From the human T2T-CHM13v2.0 reference genome, Homo sapiens, in the NCBI RefSeq assembly GCF_009914755.1, contig NC_060926.1: 64,000 nucleotides of DNA. One strand, 5' to 3'. How positions within the stretch are numbered: the stretch's first letter is position 1; every line of letters begins with the position of its first letter. A program made the position numbers and the translations under genes. The notes below the pieces were generated by a model that saw only the letters and a list, made by a program, of their open reading frames with translations, was not told the DNA's origin and did no database searches. This document shows, in pieces, positions 36,237-49,269 of this stretch.

Positions 36237-39200
36237 TTGAAACCTGTTCGTTTACTGCATTGCAATCCTCAGAATCAGAGCACCACAAACCTGAGAAGCA
36301 TCGGCAGCATATATATATTTTTTAACTTGGGCTTTGGTGGGGGATTCATGATGCCATTTTCAGTTTTAAATAATATTCACTAGCAGATGAAATCTATTGA
36401 AGTTCTTATTTATAAGGTACTTCTGCTGAGACAAGCCTTAGAAACAGCTCAATCTGTGCCTCAGGAAGTTAAATTTTTTTTTATCAGAGTAGCAAATAAG
36501 CTATCATATAGAACTGGTCAAATCCAGAAGGAATATGCCTTTCACTAGTAGTCTGTGGAGTCATTTAGCGTTCTTACGAATAAAGGCACATTTCAATCCT
36601 CAACTGTGGATTTGAACATTTGGATTTTTCCCAAGTAATCACTGGCCATCCCAGCAGATACCAATATTGTATAGGTTGGTTGACTGGTTAAAGCAGACTT
36701 GAGCCAGATCAATTCCTTTGACTTGAACAACTTCCGGGCCTCTCTTCGAACATCATGGAGACTAACTGATCATCATTATTTATGTGAGATAGGTTCTCTG
36801 TAGTCACGATAATGTCAAGCATTTTTGGTGTTAATAACAATTTAAAGTTTAATAATTACTTTTGGTGAGAAAAAGATTTGTGAGCAAAAGCATCATTTTT
36901 ACTTGTTTCTATTTCTTTTCTTAATCCATGAATTGACTGAGCTCTAAAATCCGCAAATCACATGCTTTGCTTTGTAAAGAACTTACATTCACCAGCAATT
37001 ACACAGACTGATATGTCCTTAACGCCAGGTTAAATGTCCTTAACGCCAACAAAAGACACTCTGGTTGGTCCCATTCCTTGGTTCAAGCCTCCGCCCATGA
37101 TTCAAACAGCCGTAACGAAAACAAGGTCAGGTGTCCTCAATTGGGAGAAAAAGGAATATTCTGGTGAATGATCATGGATCATTTTGAATGAAGATCACTG
37201 GAAAGAGAGGCTAGAACCAGGTTATCAAAGGAATAATGTGTCCTATTATGGAGCTGAGATTTTACCTTATGGACAATAGAACCAGCTGCTGGTTTTTAAG
37301 CAGAGAAGACTGACCCAGTGATGAGGCTAAGAGAGCCCATCTGCATGCACACTCCATCTTGGAAGGCTCTGTGACCTGTGCTTAGGGGCAAACAGTGATC
37401 GCAGGTGAAGTATACTTGGAAGACCAGAAAAAGACAGCAGCCTTAGAAGAAGATGATAGCAAAAACAACAAGAGGGAATCAAGCTCCCTAGCAATCCTGC
37501 TGGGGTTCAAATCTAGATTCTGGTCCTCATGGGAAATGAAAAGTAAAACCGAGAATCAATATCACAAGCAGAAAGGCCATTTGGGAAAACTGGCCACATA
37601 CAGCTCAGTCCTGCTGCATCCTGAAATCACAATCCTGTGAGCTGGCAAGGTCCATAGGCTCTTATAAGAAACTTGAGTGCAGCTGAAGCAGGCAAGAAAT
37701 AGCGCCCAGAGTCCTTGGGAATTTTGCATCATCATTCCACTTAAAATTAAAATTTGCTCAAAGCTCCAACTCTTCTAAAATTAGAACCCCAGTATCTTTC
37801 AGGTTATCAGAAAGGGTTGATATTTTCTTGAGGTATTTCTGGTCTGATTTCCTGCTACCCTTGAACCCACAACTCACTCATGCCTTCCCATTGGCCAATG
37901 TTCTCTTATCTTGACAATTCCTTTTCATTGTTTTCCAAGGCTCACTCTAGGCCATAGCATTCAGCTGACTTTTACTGAAGATTGACAGAGGATAGAGAGA
38001 TCACATCACACCCAGCCTAGCTGATAATTTAAAATGCAAACTATGTAAACTTAAATAATAGGTGCCCCTGTTACTAAAATGCACCTTGATCATTCTCCCC
38101 ACACCCCCAACTAAGGAATTTTCATAGATTGTCATTTCCATTTGGTCTCCAACTTCCCACCGTGTCATTCTGCCCCAACACTCTACTTTCATAATCTCTC
38201 TTTTTGCACACAGCTCTCATAAGTCCATTTTTGTGTTTTATGCAGAGAATTTGGTTCTCTTTTTTTCTAGCTGTGTTTGAGAGATTATGTTTCCACAACC
38301 AAAATGGTCCATCAAAATGTTTTGCTAAGCAAAACAGAAAAAAAAAATGATTTTCTCCACTAGGAGGAATTTTGCTGTCAGATATTAAAATAGCATTTTC
38401 CCTCATATACATGAATCTACAAGATGAGCGTAATTATATCTCTTATTAGCTTAGGCAAGGATTGATAGATCTAAACCAATCTGCAGAGAATCTACTGGGC
38501 TATATGTATATGTCCTGACCGTTGTGGCTACCACTGTCTGTCTGCATATTAGGAACAACAGATACATCAGAATCTACCTCTTGACTTTCTGTGACAGGTA
38601 GAAATGTAGTGTCTCCAGCAAGGCAATTCCCTTGAGCCATTACACATGCAAAATATTTCCTCAATTGAAAAATGCTACTGGAAATTTTCACAGAGAACTC
38701 TAGGAAAGAAATTCCTGAAATTGCAGTGTAAAAACTCATAAAAGAGCTCTGCAATAAGAAGCAATATTCTCACCAGGCTGTTGATACTGTTTGAGAAATT
38801 TACATCAAAACAGCGTCAGCGGTGGTGCTAACAAGCGCAGTGTCAACGAGATCCGCCAGGTCTGTCAGTTGATGTAGTCCCAGGTACAGCAGGGGCAGTT
38901 TGCTGTCTTATTGTAGAATAAATGTGGGCCCCAAAACTGTCAGTAGCACAGAGCTATTTAGTGCCTTAAAAGACAATGAAATTCTCTCAGGAAATGAGAA
39001 ACACAGGATCTACTCAGCTTCCAGTTTGAGGGCCATATTTATGTGTTTCAGCATGGATTTACACTGCCTTTTGTTTTGCAAATGCTAATACCATCCCATC
39101 CATTTTTTTCCAGAAATATTGAAGCTGTGGTTAATTGAAAAAAAAAGAAAAAGAAAGGCGAGGATTTAGCAGCTATATTCAATGTACTGTATTGCTATAA

Positions 39201-41349
39201 AACTACTTCACATCCTGTCACTCATCTCCCTCCTCCATTCTTGTCCCACCCAAAATCACTGAACCAAACAATGACAAAAATATAAAAGGACCAAAGCAAC
39301 TCACCCGCATTGCCCAGTAGTGGTCCCTTGGCAAACACGGTGAAAACATCACTTTGGCAGATGACAGACACTTGGGCCTTGGCTAGGGCATTAGTGAACA
39401 ATGTTATTAAGGACTAATTAGATGGCTTTTGTTGAAATATTTCCAAAGAAATGAGCAAAATAAAGCTGACCTAAAGAAAATATTTTAAAACCTCCCACTG
39501 AGCATGCTCAGAGAAAGCATTTTGACTTCTTTTATTTTTAAAATGCTCAACCATTTTCTTCAAAAACTTGGCTTGATCTTCCTGATTCAGTGATAACTGA
39601 AGTCATGCCAACTTTGATGTTTTTAGCTTCAGCTGTTTTAGAGCTATATGTGATCCCCCCAAAAAGGTTGGAATGAATTTTTTTTCTGAGTGAAGAAGGA
39701 AGCATATGTTTTAACCCTCATGTGCCTTTTTTGAAAAGGATGAATTAACATCCTATAATATTTTATCTTTGAGCTTAAAATAAAAGAGTTTAGTTTGAAA
39801 GTCAAAGAGACATTTTTCAGAAATTGAAATGGAGACTTGGGCCTTCAAGAATTAAGACTATGAATTGTATCTGCTTTACCGAATACATTTGGAGACTTGC
39901 ATGTCTGCTGCTATTGTTTTAAAATGGCAGCAGAGACCAGGCAGCCTGGAGACTTGAGCAAGATGGACCACACACAAACCAAATTTCAGGACATCAAAAG
40001 GACATAAAACTAATATGCAGAAATGCCGGAGCATCTTGAATACATTTTTTTTCCAACCAGATATATGACATGAAGAATGAGAAATAAAAATGAACTCAGA
40101 AAGCTTTAATCCACCTGATGATCTTATTTTCCCTTCTAAGTTATAGAAAAAGGAAGGGAAGAAAAAACAATAAGCAGCTAGAAACTGATTGGTACCAAAT
40201 ATAATTGATCCCATTAAAGAAGGAGCTACATAGAGGAGACAGTTATCAGTTATCAGGAAGATTTCTGAGAGCCAGGTCTATATTCTTTTTTATTATTGAC
40301 CATGCCCATGATTTGTCAGATTTCCCCTGGGACCAACTGGTCTTTGGATCTCCTTAGGACACACCAGAGGCAATAAAAAAAGGAAATCACACTAATTATA
40401 GCAGATCTGATCACAAGCTAGGAAGGTAGACAACAATTCTAGTCATGCACAGAGCTATGTCAAATGGCTCCATGGTTGGTGCAAACCTGAAATGAGAAGT
40501 GGCTTCTGACTTAGGGTGAGACATTTCCCACGTGACTGCAGATGGAAACACAGGATATCCGTGCTTCCAGATCAGACATAGGTCATTTTTGTGGAAGACC
40601 GTGCAACGCCAAGTCTAGAAGTCTAATAATATCAAGTTAAATTTCTTCAAGTCAGAACTCCTACTACATTCTGGTACGTACCCAAAACACTGGAAAACCA
40701 ACAAAAGGAAAGAATCGGTAAAGAAATGACAAATGTCTCCCTCTTATGTCAGAAGAAATTTGGGCAGAAAAATTGAAACCAGAATGAAAGAAAGGTTTAA
40801 AAGGAAATTGAGTCTGTGTTTACAAAACGATTCCAATCTGAGGTGAACTGTCCAACTCAACCAGTTGCTTTGGAGAAACATGATTAAAGTGATGACTGAG
40901 GTGTTTTGCGTGCTAGCCTCAGTTTCCTTTATTCCCCTCACAGTCCAGTGACAGCCAATCAGAAAAGAACCTGGCCCGGAGGCTTGTCAGTGATAATAAT
41001 TGAAAACATCTGTCCATGCAGCAAGTGTGGGAAGCCCATGCAGCTCCCTGACAGAGCGAGTTCTCACACAGCAAAGCCATAACCACGACTGCTCATATTC
41101 TCCTTCACAGACTTTTCTCACTGCCAGCTGTCTTTATTCTCCTGCCAGGAAAGCAAGGGGCCTGGGGCTCCAACCCAGGCTGGGGTTAAGTGAGCTGGGA
41201 CCAGGGGAAGAAAGGGGACAGGCTGGCTCCCAGCTCTGGGTCTAGAGACAAGGGATATCTGATTGGGAACTAAAGAGAGCGGCGACTGAGGAAAAAGAAT
41301 AGCAAACAGAGAAACCAAACAAACTGAAGAGGACAGATAGGCAGCGGGA

Positions 41350-41540
41350 TAAGAAGCGTTCAGATTCTAAACTCAGGTGAGCCGGGTTTAAACCTTGGCA
41401 CAGCATTTTCACTATGTCACTGGGCAACCTCCCTGAGCCTCAGGTTTTTCGTCTCTAAAATGGGAATAATAGTACCTGTCTCACAATGTTTTCATGAAAA
41501 ATAAGATAATGCACTTCAGTAGAACAAGGCAAGGACTGAA
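41350..41540 (+). mobile_element. MIR
   Basis: 'ctgggcaacctccctgagcctcaggtttttcgtctctaaaatgggaataatagtacct'. Confidence 0.75.
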
Positions 41541-44500
41541 TACACATTAGCTCCTTTAGAAGGGGGCTTCCCAGACAGTCATTAAGGTGTAGAGGTAGAA
41601 GACCTCTACTGAGGGGCATGCTACTTCGGTCATGTGTAGGGAAGGCCCTACTGATGGTGTTCTATTGACTTGGACAGTCTCCATGTGGTTCCCGCAGATG
41701 TTCTTTCCCTGCCTGTGGCCTGTGTTAAGCTGCTTTATCAACCTGTGCCTCTTAGTTTCTTGCGATCTCTGTACTGACTCCTGTGGCCTCTCTCTGCCAT
41801 GAAAGCCATGTTCGGGGACAGCACTAGGTTGTACCTGGTCTGTCTTCCCTTGCTCCTCGTGTGCCAATGCCTCGTTCCCCGTTTCAGCAGTTTGCCAGAT
41901 CTTTCAGCTTGGTATAAAACATATCAAGGGGATATCTGGTTAGAAGAATGCCAGCAAAACATTATTTCAGCCAACTGAGGAGAAACTTCCAGATTGTAGG
42001 TTAGAGAGTAATCAAAACACGGAAAGTTGGAGTAAGGGGAAGAAAGAAAATAAAGTCCTTAGTAGCAAGGTTTGGATGTTCTCTCTGCCTTCCAGAAGAA
42101 AAAAAAAACATTATTAAGAATATAATGAACCAATAGATTTACAAAGGAAATATAAACAAAATGCCATAAAGGACAATATTTTAAAATTTCAAATTATCCA
42201 GATCATTTCATTGTTTAAGATACCCTGTGTACATAAATTAATCACCTTTGGAAACTGCATTAACAGTCACATCACAATTGTATTTATAGCTAACTCACAA
42301 TTATTTGATGTATGATGTTCACTTGGAAGCTGGAAAGAATAAATCCAGCTTGCAAAGAAGCAGAACTTACTTTTAGGGTGGGGCTTAGGTCCTGAGAAAA
42401 TCTAGCTCAACACATGGGTGGCAAGGAATAATACAAAAGGAGAGACTTGGGGAGGCCAACTTTGTATCATTAGTTAAGAACAGTTCTGCATTGTATATGT
42501 ATCCAACATAAACACTTGGCTAAGGATGTTATTCTACTGACAGTGTTTGGTTTTCCTTATGGTCATCAGCTGGATGACTACCGCTACTTGGCTGAGAAGC
42601 ACTTCATCCATAAAGAAAAGCACCATAAGTAATAATGAGTGCGAGTTTGTGTTAGTTGCAGAGCAAGAATTCAGATTCAACAAGGGATTTTTTTAATCCA
42701 ATTGAAATGAATCAAACTGTTTAACCTAATTGAGCTTCTATAAATCAGGAGTGTTGTCATATTAGTAATCCCCCTAGATAAGGCACTGCAAAGAGGCGCC
42801 GCACAAGAGTGCGAATGTATAAACACAAAATACAGGGAATCTACTGAAGCTCCTTTATTCAGCATCCTTGTACATCTCCCCTCTCTTTATAATCACTATT
42901 GCAATAAAATTATCACTTAACCACCAACATTAGTACATCTTTTTAATCATTGAGAGACTATTATAGTTTTCCTATGATTCTGTCTTCAATATCCACCTAC
43001 AACCATGGAAAGGCCTGATCTTTTCATGACTATAAAATCAACAAAATATAGGGAGGGAGAAAATGTACATCCGTTGGGAACTGGGATTTAAAAATACGTA
43101 CTATGAATATTGTAAAGTTATTGTTTTAAAAATGAAGCAGATCTATATGTGCTCACCTGAAGGGATCACCAAGACATATCCCATTTACATAGATTTCTCT
43201 AAAATCCGCTTCAAATATTTATCTTTGTAAATTACTTCTAATATATTCCTAAAGTCACTGTTTGTCTACTTTGATACCTCTATTCCTTTAAATTTTCCCT
43301 TCTTTCTATACTCACTTAAGGGCAACGTGGCTCAAAACCCCCAGGAGCTTGCCTCTCAAGTTCGCAGATTCCTTCTCATCCAGGAATACCTTTTGTTGCT
43401 TCCATAGATGTATCTGGTTACCTTTTGAAATTACTTTTCTGCTGAATGGCACATTCCTGGCATACATGCCACCATTCCCCATTCCTGAACCCATGTTGAC
43501 ATAACTGAGTGATCATATCACCCTTTTACACTGTGACTTCACCTTCAGGGTCCTTTCTCACAGAGCAGGCAGCCACCATCAGCCAGGTGAAGCAAATCTG
43601 TGTGCCATCCCTTCTGCCAGAGCAGGTCTCTTTGTCCAATGCCACCATTCTTTTATAAGTGTAAGAAAACAAAAACTCAGACTATAGACACACCCTCATG
43701 CTTCCAAGAGATGGAGACTCATGTCTGTTTCCTTAAAAATCTTGTTTCTGCCTTTCTATTTCACTCATCACTTTGATAAATAAATGTAAAGGTACATATA
43801 AACATCCTATAATATATAAATGTATATTTAAAATATTCATATATATGCAAGAGATTACTACAAACTTTTTACATTTTAGGGTTCACTTATTTTGCAATTG
43901 ATGGCTGTGCTTGCAATGTGTTTCTGAGCTTGTCAACTTTCCTTGCAAAGTATTTCAAGTTACAGGAAGGAAAAGGTGTTTAAAATTGTTAATAGGATTT
44001 GCAGCACAAGGAAATTAGAAATTCTTCTGCCCAACTGTCTGATATTCAAAATGAGGAAACTGAAGCTGAGCAAGGCTAAGTGAGTGCCCAGAGTACTACA
44101 GGTAGTAAGAAGCGAAGCCAGAAGAGAAAAATCAGGCTTTCTGTTTCCTTGTTCAAGTTGATCTTTCGTTCCAGTAATTAAAACTGGTGTGCAGTAATGA
44201 GGCAAAAGCAGCTTCGTCAAATCAGCTTTTTTCTCCAACTTCCTATGGTATTGTGGGTCAGTTGACCTCACGAATTTCCACACAATTCTATATGTCAGTG
44301 AAGTAGATTATTTAGACATTCTCTTCTGTATATATTATTTGGATTATGTAGAAATTACCCGTAAGAAACCAAGACTTTTCAACACGAACCTCATGACTTC
44401 CACATTCTATTTTTGATACCTTAACCTAAAGTAATTTCACACTCTCATAAAACCTTTGAAAATGGAGCATCCACAGATGATATTTTGCACTTACCAAATT

Positions 44501-45204
44501 CCTTTTTCAAAAAAAAACCCTCTAAATGTTACATTATATTGTTGTATTTGCAAATTATATCCTCCAGTCATCCTCTGTAATTTTTTTTCAAAGAAAGTAA
44601 AACACAGAAGATAGGAAGAACATAGGGAGAAATGACACAGAAAAAGCCTCAACATCTAACAAACATGAATGTCTGTTGACAGCGTTGTTCTGACTGCAGA
44701 CAGAAAAATATTGGGGAGTACCTCACTTCTGTTCAGACAGTCCCTTTTGGGTGAGAAAAAGCTTAATCTGTCAGCCAAACATAAAACAAAAACTATTTGT
44801 AATAAGAAGTTACTGAATGCCCTAACTTTTTTACCACAAATGAAATAGGAGGAAAGCTGAAGGTAACATATCACCTAAATGCAAAGAGTTTGCAATCTAA
44901 TTGAGAGAGTAAAACATATGTGAATGAAATAACTTAGCGATAAAAATAAAACATATCAACAACAATGTAATACAATCTGAATGCTTAAATGCCAAGAAAG
45001 CAAATAAGCAAGTGATCAGAATATGATTCTAAAAGTCTTCCTAGTAGAGACATGCTTAAATATGTTTTTGAGTAGCATGATTGGCATAAATGTGGCAATA
45101 AAAATAGTAGTAATATAAGTGCAAAACAACTCAAATGTGTGTGGCCATAAGGATACATGAGCAGGTAAATTGACCTCTAAGCCCTGAATGGATGCTATCT
45201 GCTT

Positions 45205-46020
45205 TATCATCTTTTAACTTTTTTTTTGTTAATAGATTTTTCAAACCAGATTTAGGTTTAAAAAACTGATCAGAATCACCACTGGGGCCTGTCAGGGGGT
45301 GGGGAGAAAGGGGAGGAAGAGCATTAGGACAAATACCTAATGCATGCAGGGCTTAAAACCTAGATGATGGGTTGATAGGTGCAGCAAACCACCATGGCAT
45401 ATGTATACCTATGTAACAAACCTGCACGCTCAGCACGTGTATTCATGTATCCCAGAACTTAAAAAAAAAGAAAAAAAAAGATCGGAGACTTCCCATATAC
45501 TTCCTCTCCACCCACCACATACACACAATTTCTCCTATCATTAAAATCTTGTGTTGGTGTGGTATATTTGTTGTAACTTATGAGCCAATATTGAGACATT
45601 AATTAAAGTCCATAGTTTACATTAGGCTTCACTCTTTACACTGTACATTCTATGGATTTTGACCAATGTGTAATGACATGTAACCACCATTATAGTGTCA
45701 GAGAATAGTTTTTTACTACCCTAAAAATCTGCTGTGTTCCACCTTTTCATTCCTCCCTCCCTCCCCAAAACCTCTGCAACCACTGTTCTTTTTCTGTCTC
45801 CAAAGTTTTGCCTTTTCCAGGATGTCAGGTGCTTGGAATCATATAGTATACAGCGATTTTAGATTGGCCTCTTTCACCTGGCGATATGCATTTAAGATTC
45901 TTCTTGTTCTTTTATGGTTTGATAGCTTATTTCTTTTTATTGCTAAACTATATTCCGTTGTATGGATATACCACAGCTGTTTATCCATTCATTATCCATT
46001 CATTTATCAGAGGACATCTA
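45205..46020 (-). mobile_element. L1MC-like 3' end, interrupted by an L1PA 3' fragment
   Basis: 'atgagccaatattgagacattaattaaagtccatagtttacattagg...gtacattctatggattttgac...ggaatcatatagtat...tattccgttgtatggatataccacag'. Confidence 0.75.
45277..45480 (+). mobile_element. Short L1PA (PA7/8-like) 3' end
   Basis: 'actggggcctgtcagggggtgggg...gcattaggacaaatacctaatgcatgcagggcttaaaacctagatgatgggttgataggtgcagcaaaccaccatggc' followed by an A tail. Confidence 0.9.
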
Positions 46021-48299
46021 GAATCTTTAACTTAAAAACAAAAATTTTTAAACTTAAGTTTTTAACCAACATATTTCTCAGGTAGAAAATATGGTTCTCA
46101 GAACACATATACTTTTTACCTTGAGACTTCCTTGTCTGAGGCAATACGTTGTGATTTTTTGGAACACAATACTAAACTATCATTTGTGTTCTTAAACTTG
46201 AATCAAAGTCCACTTCACCTTCTTGCTTCTGTTCTTAGGCAACGTGAGAGCAATTAATTTTAGAATATAGAACAAAAAGATGAGAATTACAAAATTAAGT
46301 TGTGAATTTTCAAATGAATGTGGTTACTATCAAACGTCTACTAGAGGTCATGTCTTTCTTTTTCTCTGCAACTACAACACTATGTTGTCTTCACAGTGAA
46401 TCAGAATATAATTCCAAATTTGAAATTATGCCTTTTTCTCTCTTCTTTGGTTACACTGTTAATTATGTCCAAAAAGCAATTTTATGATCTTTTCAAAAGT
46501 GACATCCTAAGCTGTTGTTGATTCTCTAAGTGGAAACAAATGTCACCTGGCCCACCTATGTCTTTGTTTTTGATGTCAAATAACATTGATAACTAAATCA
46601 CTCTAATATAGGGGGAAAGAAAAGCTGCCCTGCCATTTGAAGGGAATTTGCAATGAAATTTTACTTGGCCCCATGATTATGTATACCTACTGGTTTTAAG
46701 ACAGCACACAGGAGGCTTTGCCAAGAAAATTTTAAAGTTCAAGCAGAAAAAATAATCACAATATCTTTCAGTCATTTGCTGCGTGTATTTGTTTCCTTAA
46801 AATGCACAGCTAAATGCTCTCTACACACAGATATCACTTGGTAGGCGGAGTATATCTTATTACTGGGTTATTTTCCAGTACATTTGGCATAGTTAAGGTA
46901 AAGTGTATTAACTTTCTCTCAAAATAAAGATGAAAACAGAGTTGTAGCGGCCGTGAATGCTTCAGCCATTGTCAGGAAGTTAAAAACTGACAGGAGGCCC
47001 AAATAATCAACTCAGCCTGCTGCATATACCATAGTTTTCCCCTGGGATATCTGGTCTAATCCAACAATGTATCTGACTGGCATGAATGTAGAATTACTTT
47101 CAATAAAGATTTTATTTCAAGCTTGGATGATTTCCCCCAAAACATCTTGTCACTAAGGCAAAGTATATCATAGAATATCTGATTTTTTTTTTCCCCCTAC
47201 AAGTCAGCTTTTGAGAGGGGGAAAAAAATACACATTACAACTCAAGTACTCAACTCAGGTCAATTCACTGTAAAAAATCACATTTTAACATATCTACACT
47301 GATTAAAGATTTGCTGTGTTAAAGAAGTCAGGGTGCTGTCAAAGAGAGCTTACCCTAAAGTCTGGAAATGTAAAAAATAAGTACCACACTTGCTCCACTC
47401 CAGTCTGCATTCTGCCTGCAGTGGCCTCCAATCGAAGGGCAGGCAGGACAGATGAGTCCACCAGCTAACACCCGGCTCCGAGAATATTTGTCTTTTTGCA
47501 AGTAAGGAACATTTCAAGGTCACATCTTCCAATAAGTATGAAATTGTTTCCAGGCTATAAGAGAAATATGAATGGCCTGGTCATGATCACACGAAAACGA
47601 TCTTCATTTCTCTATGCATCCTTCTCTCTCTCTTTATTCCATTCTCTTCCTTCATGATGCCACATTAAGTCAGCATGTTCAAGATAGGGGAACAGTAGGT
47701 AACAGTTCATTACTCTATTTTGAATTCCCTTAAACGTTTCATTTAGTACTTGCGTACATTATTTCAGCCTTGGTGTCACATTGTTTAATTTATGCTTGGT
47801 TCATATAATCTTAAAAATAGCTTGTGTTACCTACAGAGTTTCACCCCTTACTAAAAGCACACAAATCATATGATTTAGTGCTAATGGGATAGGAGTAATT
47901 ATTTTAACATTTAATAATCATAACACATTATATTTATATGTTTTAAATTCAAAATCCCTTTTATCTCTATTATTATATTTTATGATTAACATACAATGTT
48001 ACAATAAGTATGTACACGAAAGAGCACTCAGCATGGATAATAGTAGATAAAACTCTAGAGAAGCATGGAAAGGGCTAGAGTTGAGTCCCTGGTTCTTTGA
48101 CTTTATTAGCACTGTGTAACCTTTGGACAGATCATTAACCAAGAAGTCCCTAACCCTGGCTGCACACCAGGCTCATCTGTGAAGCTTTTTAGCAACTCTG
48201 AGTCCCGGGTCTCAACCCTGAACTACCAAATCAGAATCTCTGTGCAATTCCTTTCCTTTATTAAAAGCCTGAGCCAGAGTGGAAAACCAGTGAGTTCTA

Positions 48300-48676
<377 letters not shown>

Positions 48677-49269
48677 CTAGCTTGCAAAGGGTTTTCACAT
48701 ACATTTTTAAATTTAATCTTCAAAACAACCTATGAGATCAGTTTTGCCATTAACTTCACTTTCTAAATGAAGAATCTGAGGCTCAGAGAAATGGTAGGGC
48801 CCATCTAAGATCACAGTCAGTACCTATAGAACTAGCACTTAAGATTTTGAGCTTCCAGATCAAGAGCAATGGTTCTTTCCCTCCAGTTAGAAGAGAATCA
48901 CATGCAGAGCGTTTAAAATGTACCCAGGCCTAACTGCAAGCCGTTTGCAACAGATTTTATGTGGATGGGTCCCAGAGGTTAATATGGTTTTGAATGTTCC
49001 ACAGATGATATTAATATGCAGTCTGGATAGAGAATTTCTGCCCTAGAATGATCAGAACAAGTTTGGAAAATATAAAGTACTATACAGATATAGCGTGATG
49101 ATTTTATCTCAGTTTAGCTGATAATTAAGCATGAATTCAAAGGGGGAGGGAAATGATGCGTGAACACAAGGCTGTTCAGATCTAGGCTCCACATTAGATG
49201 TCAGGTCTTCCCTTTCATGAGCCAGCTCTATTTCTATTGGAACTTCTCTGACTCCCCAGAGCTCATGGT

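Noticed and set aside
39100-39130. 'tttttttccagaaatattgaagctgtg' resembles the real exon's acceptor and its 'attgaagctgt'
   Set aside because: Short, low-complexity similarity with no further homology; not a duplicated exon.
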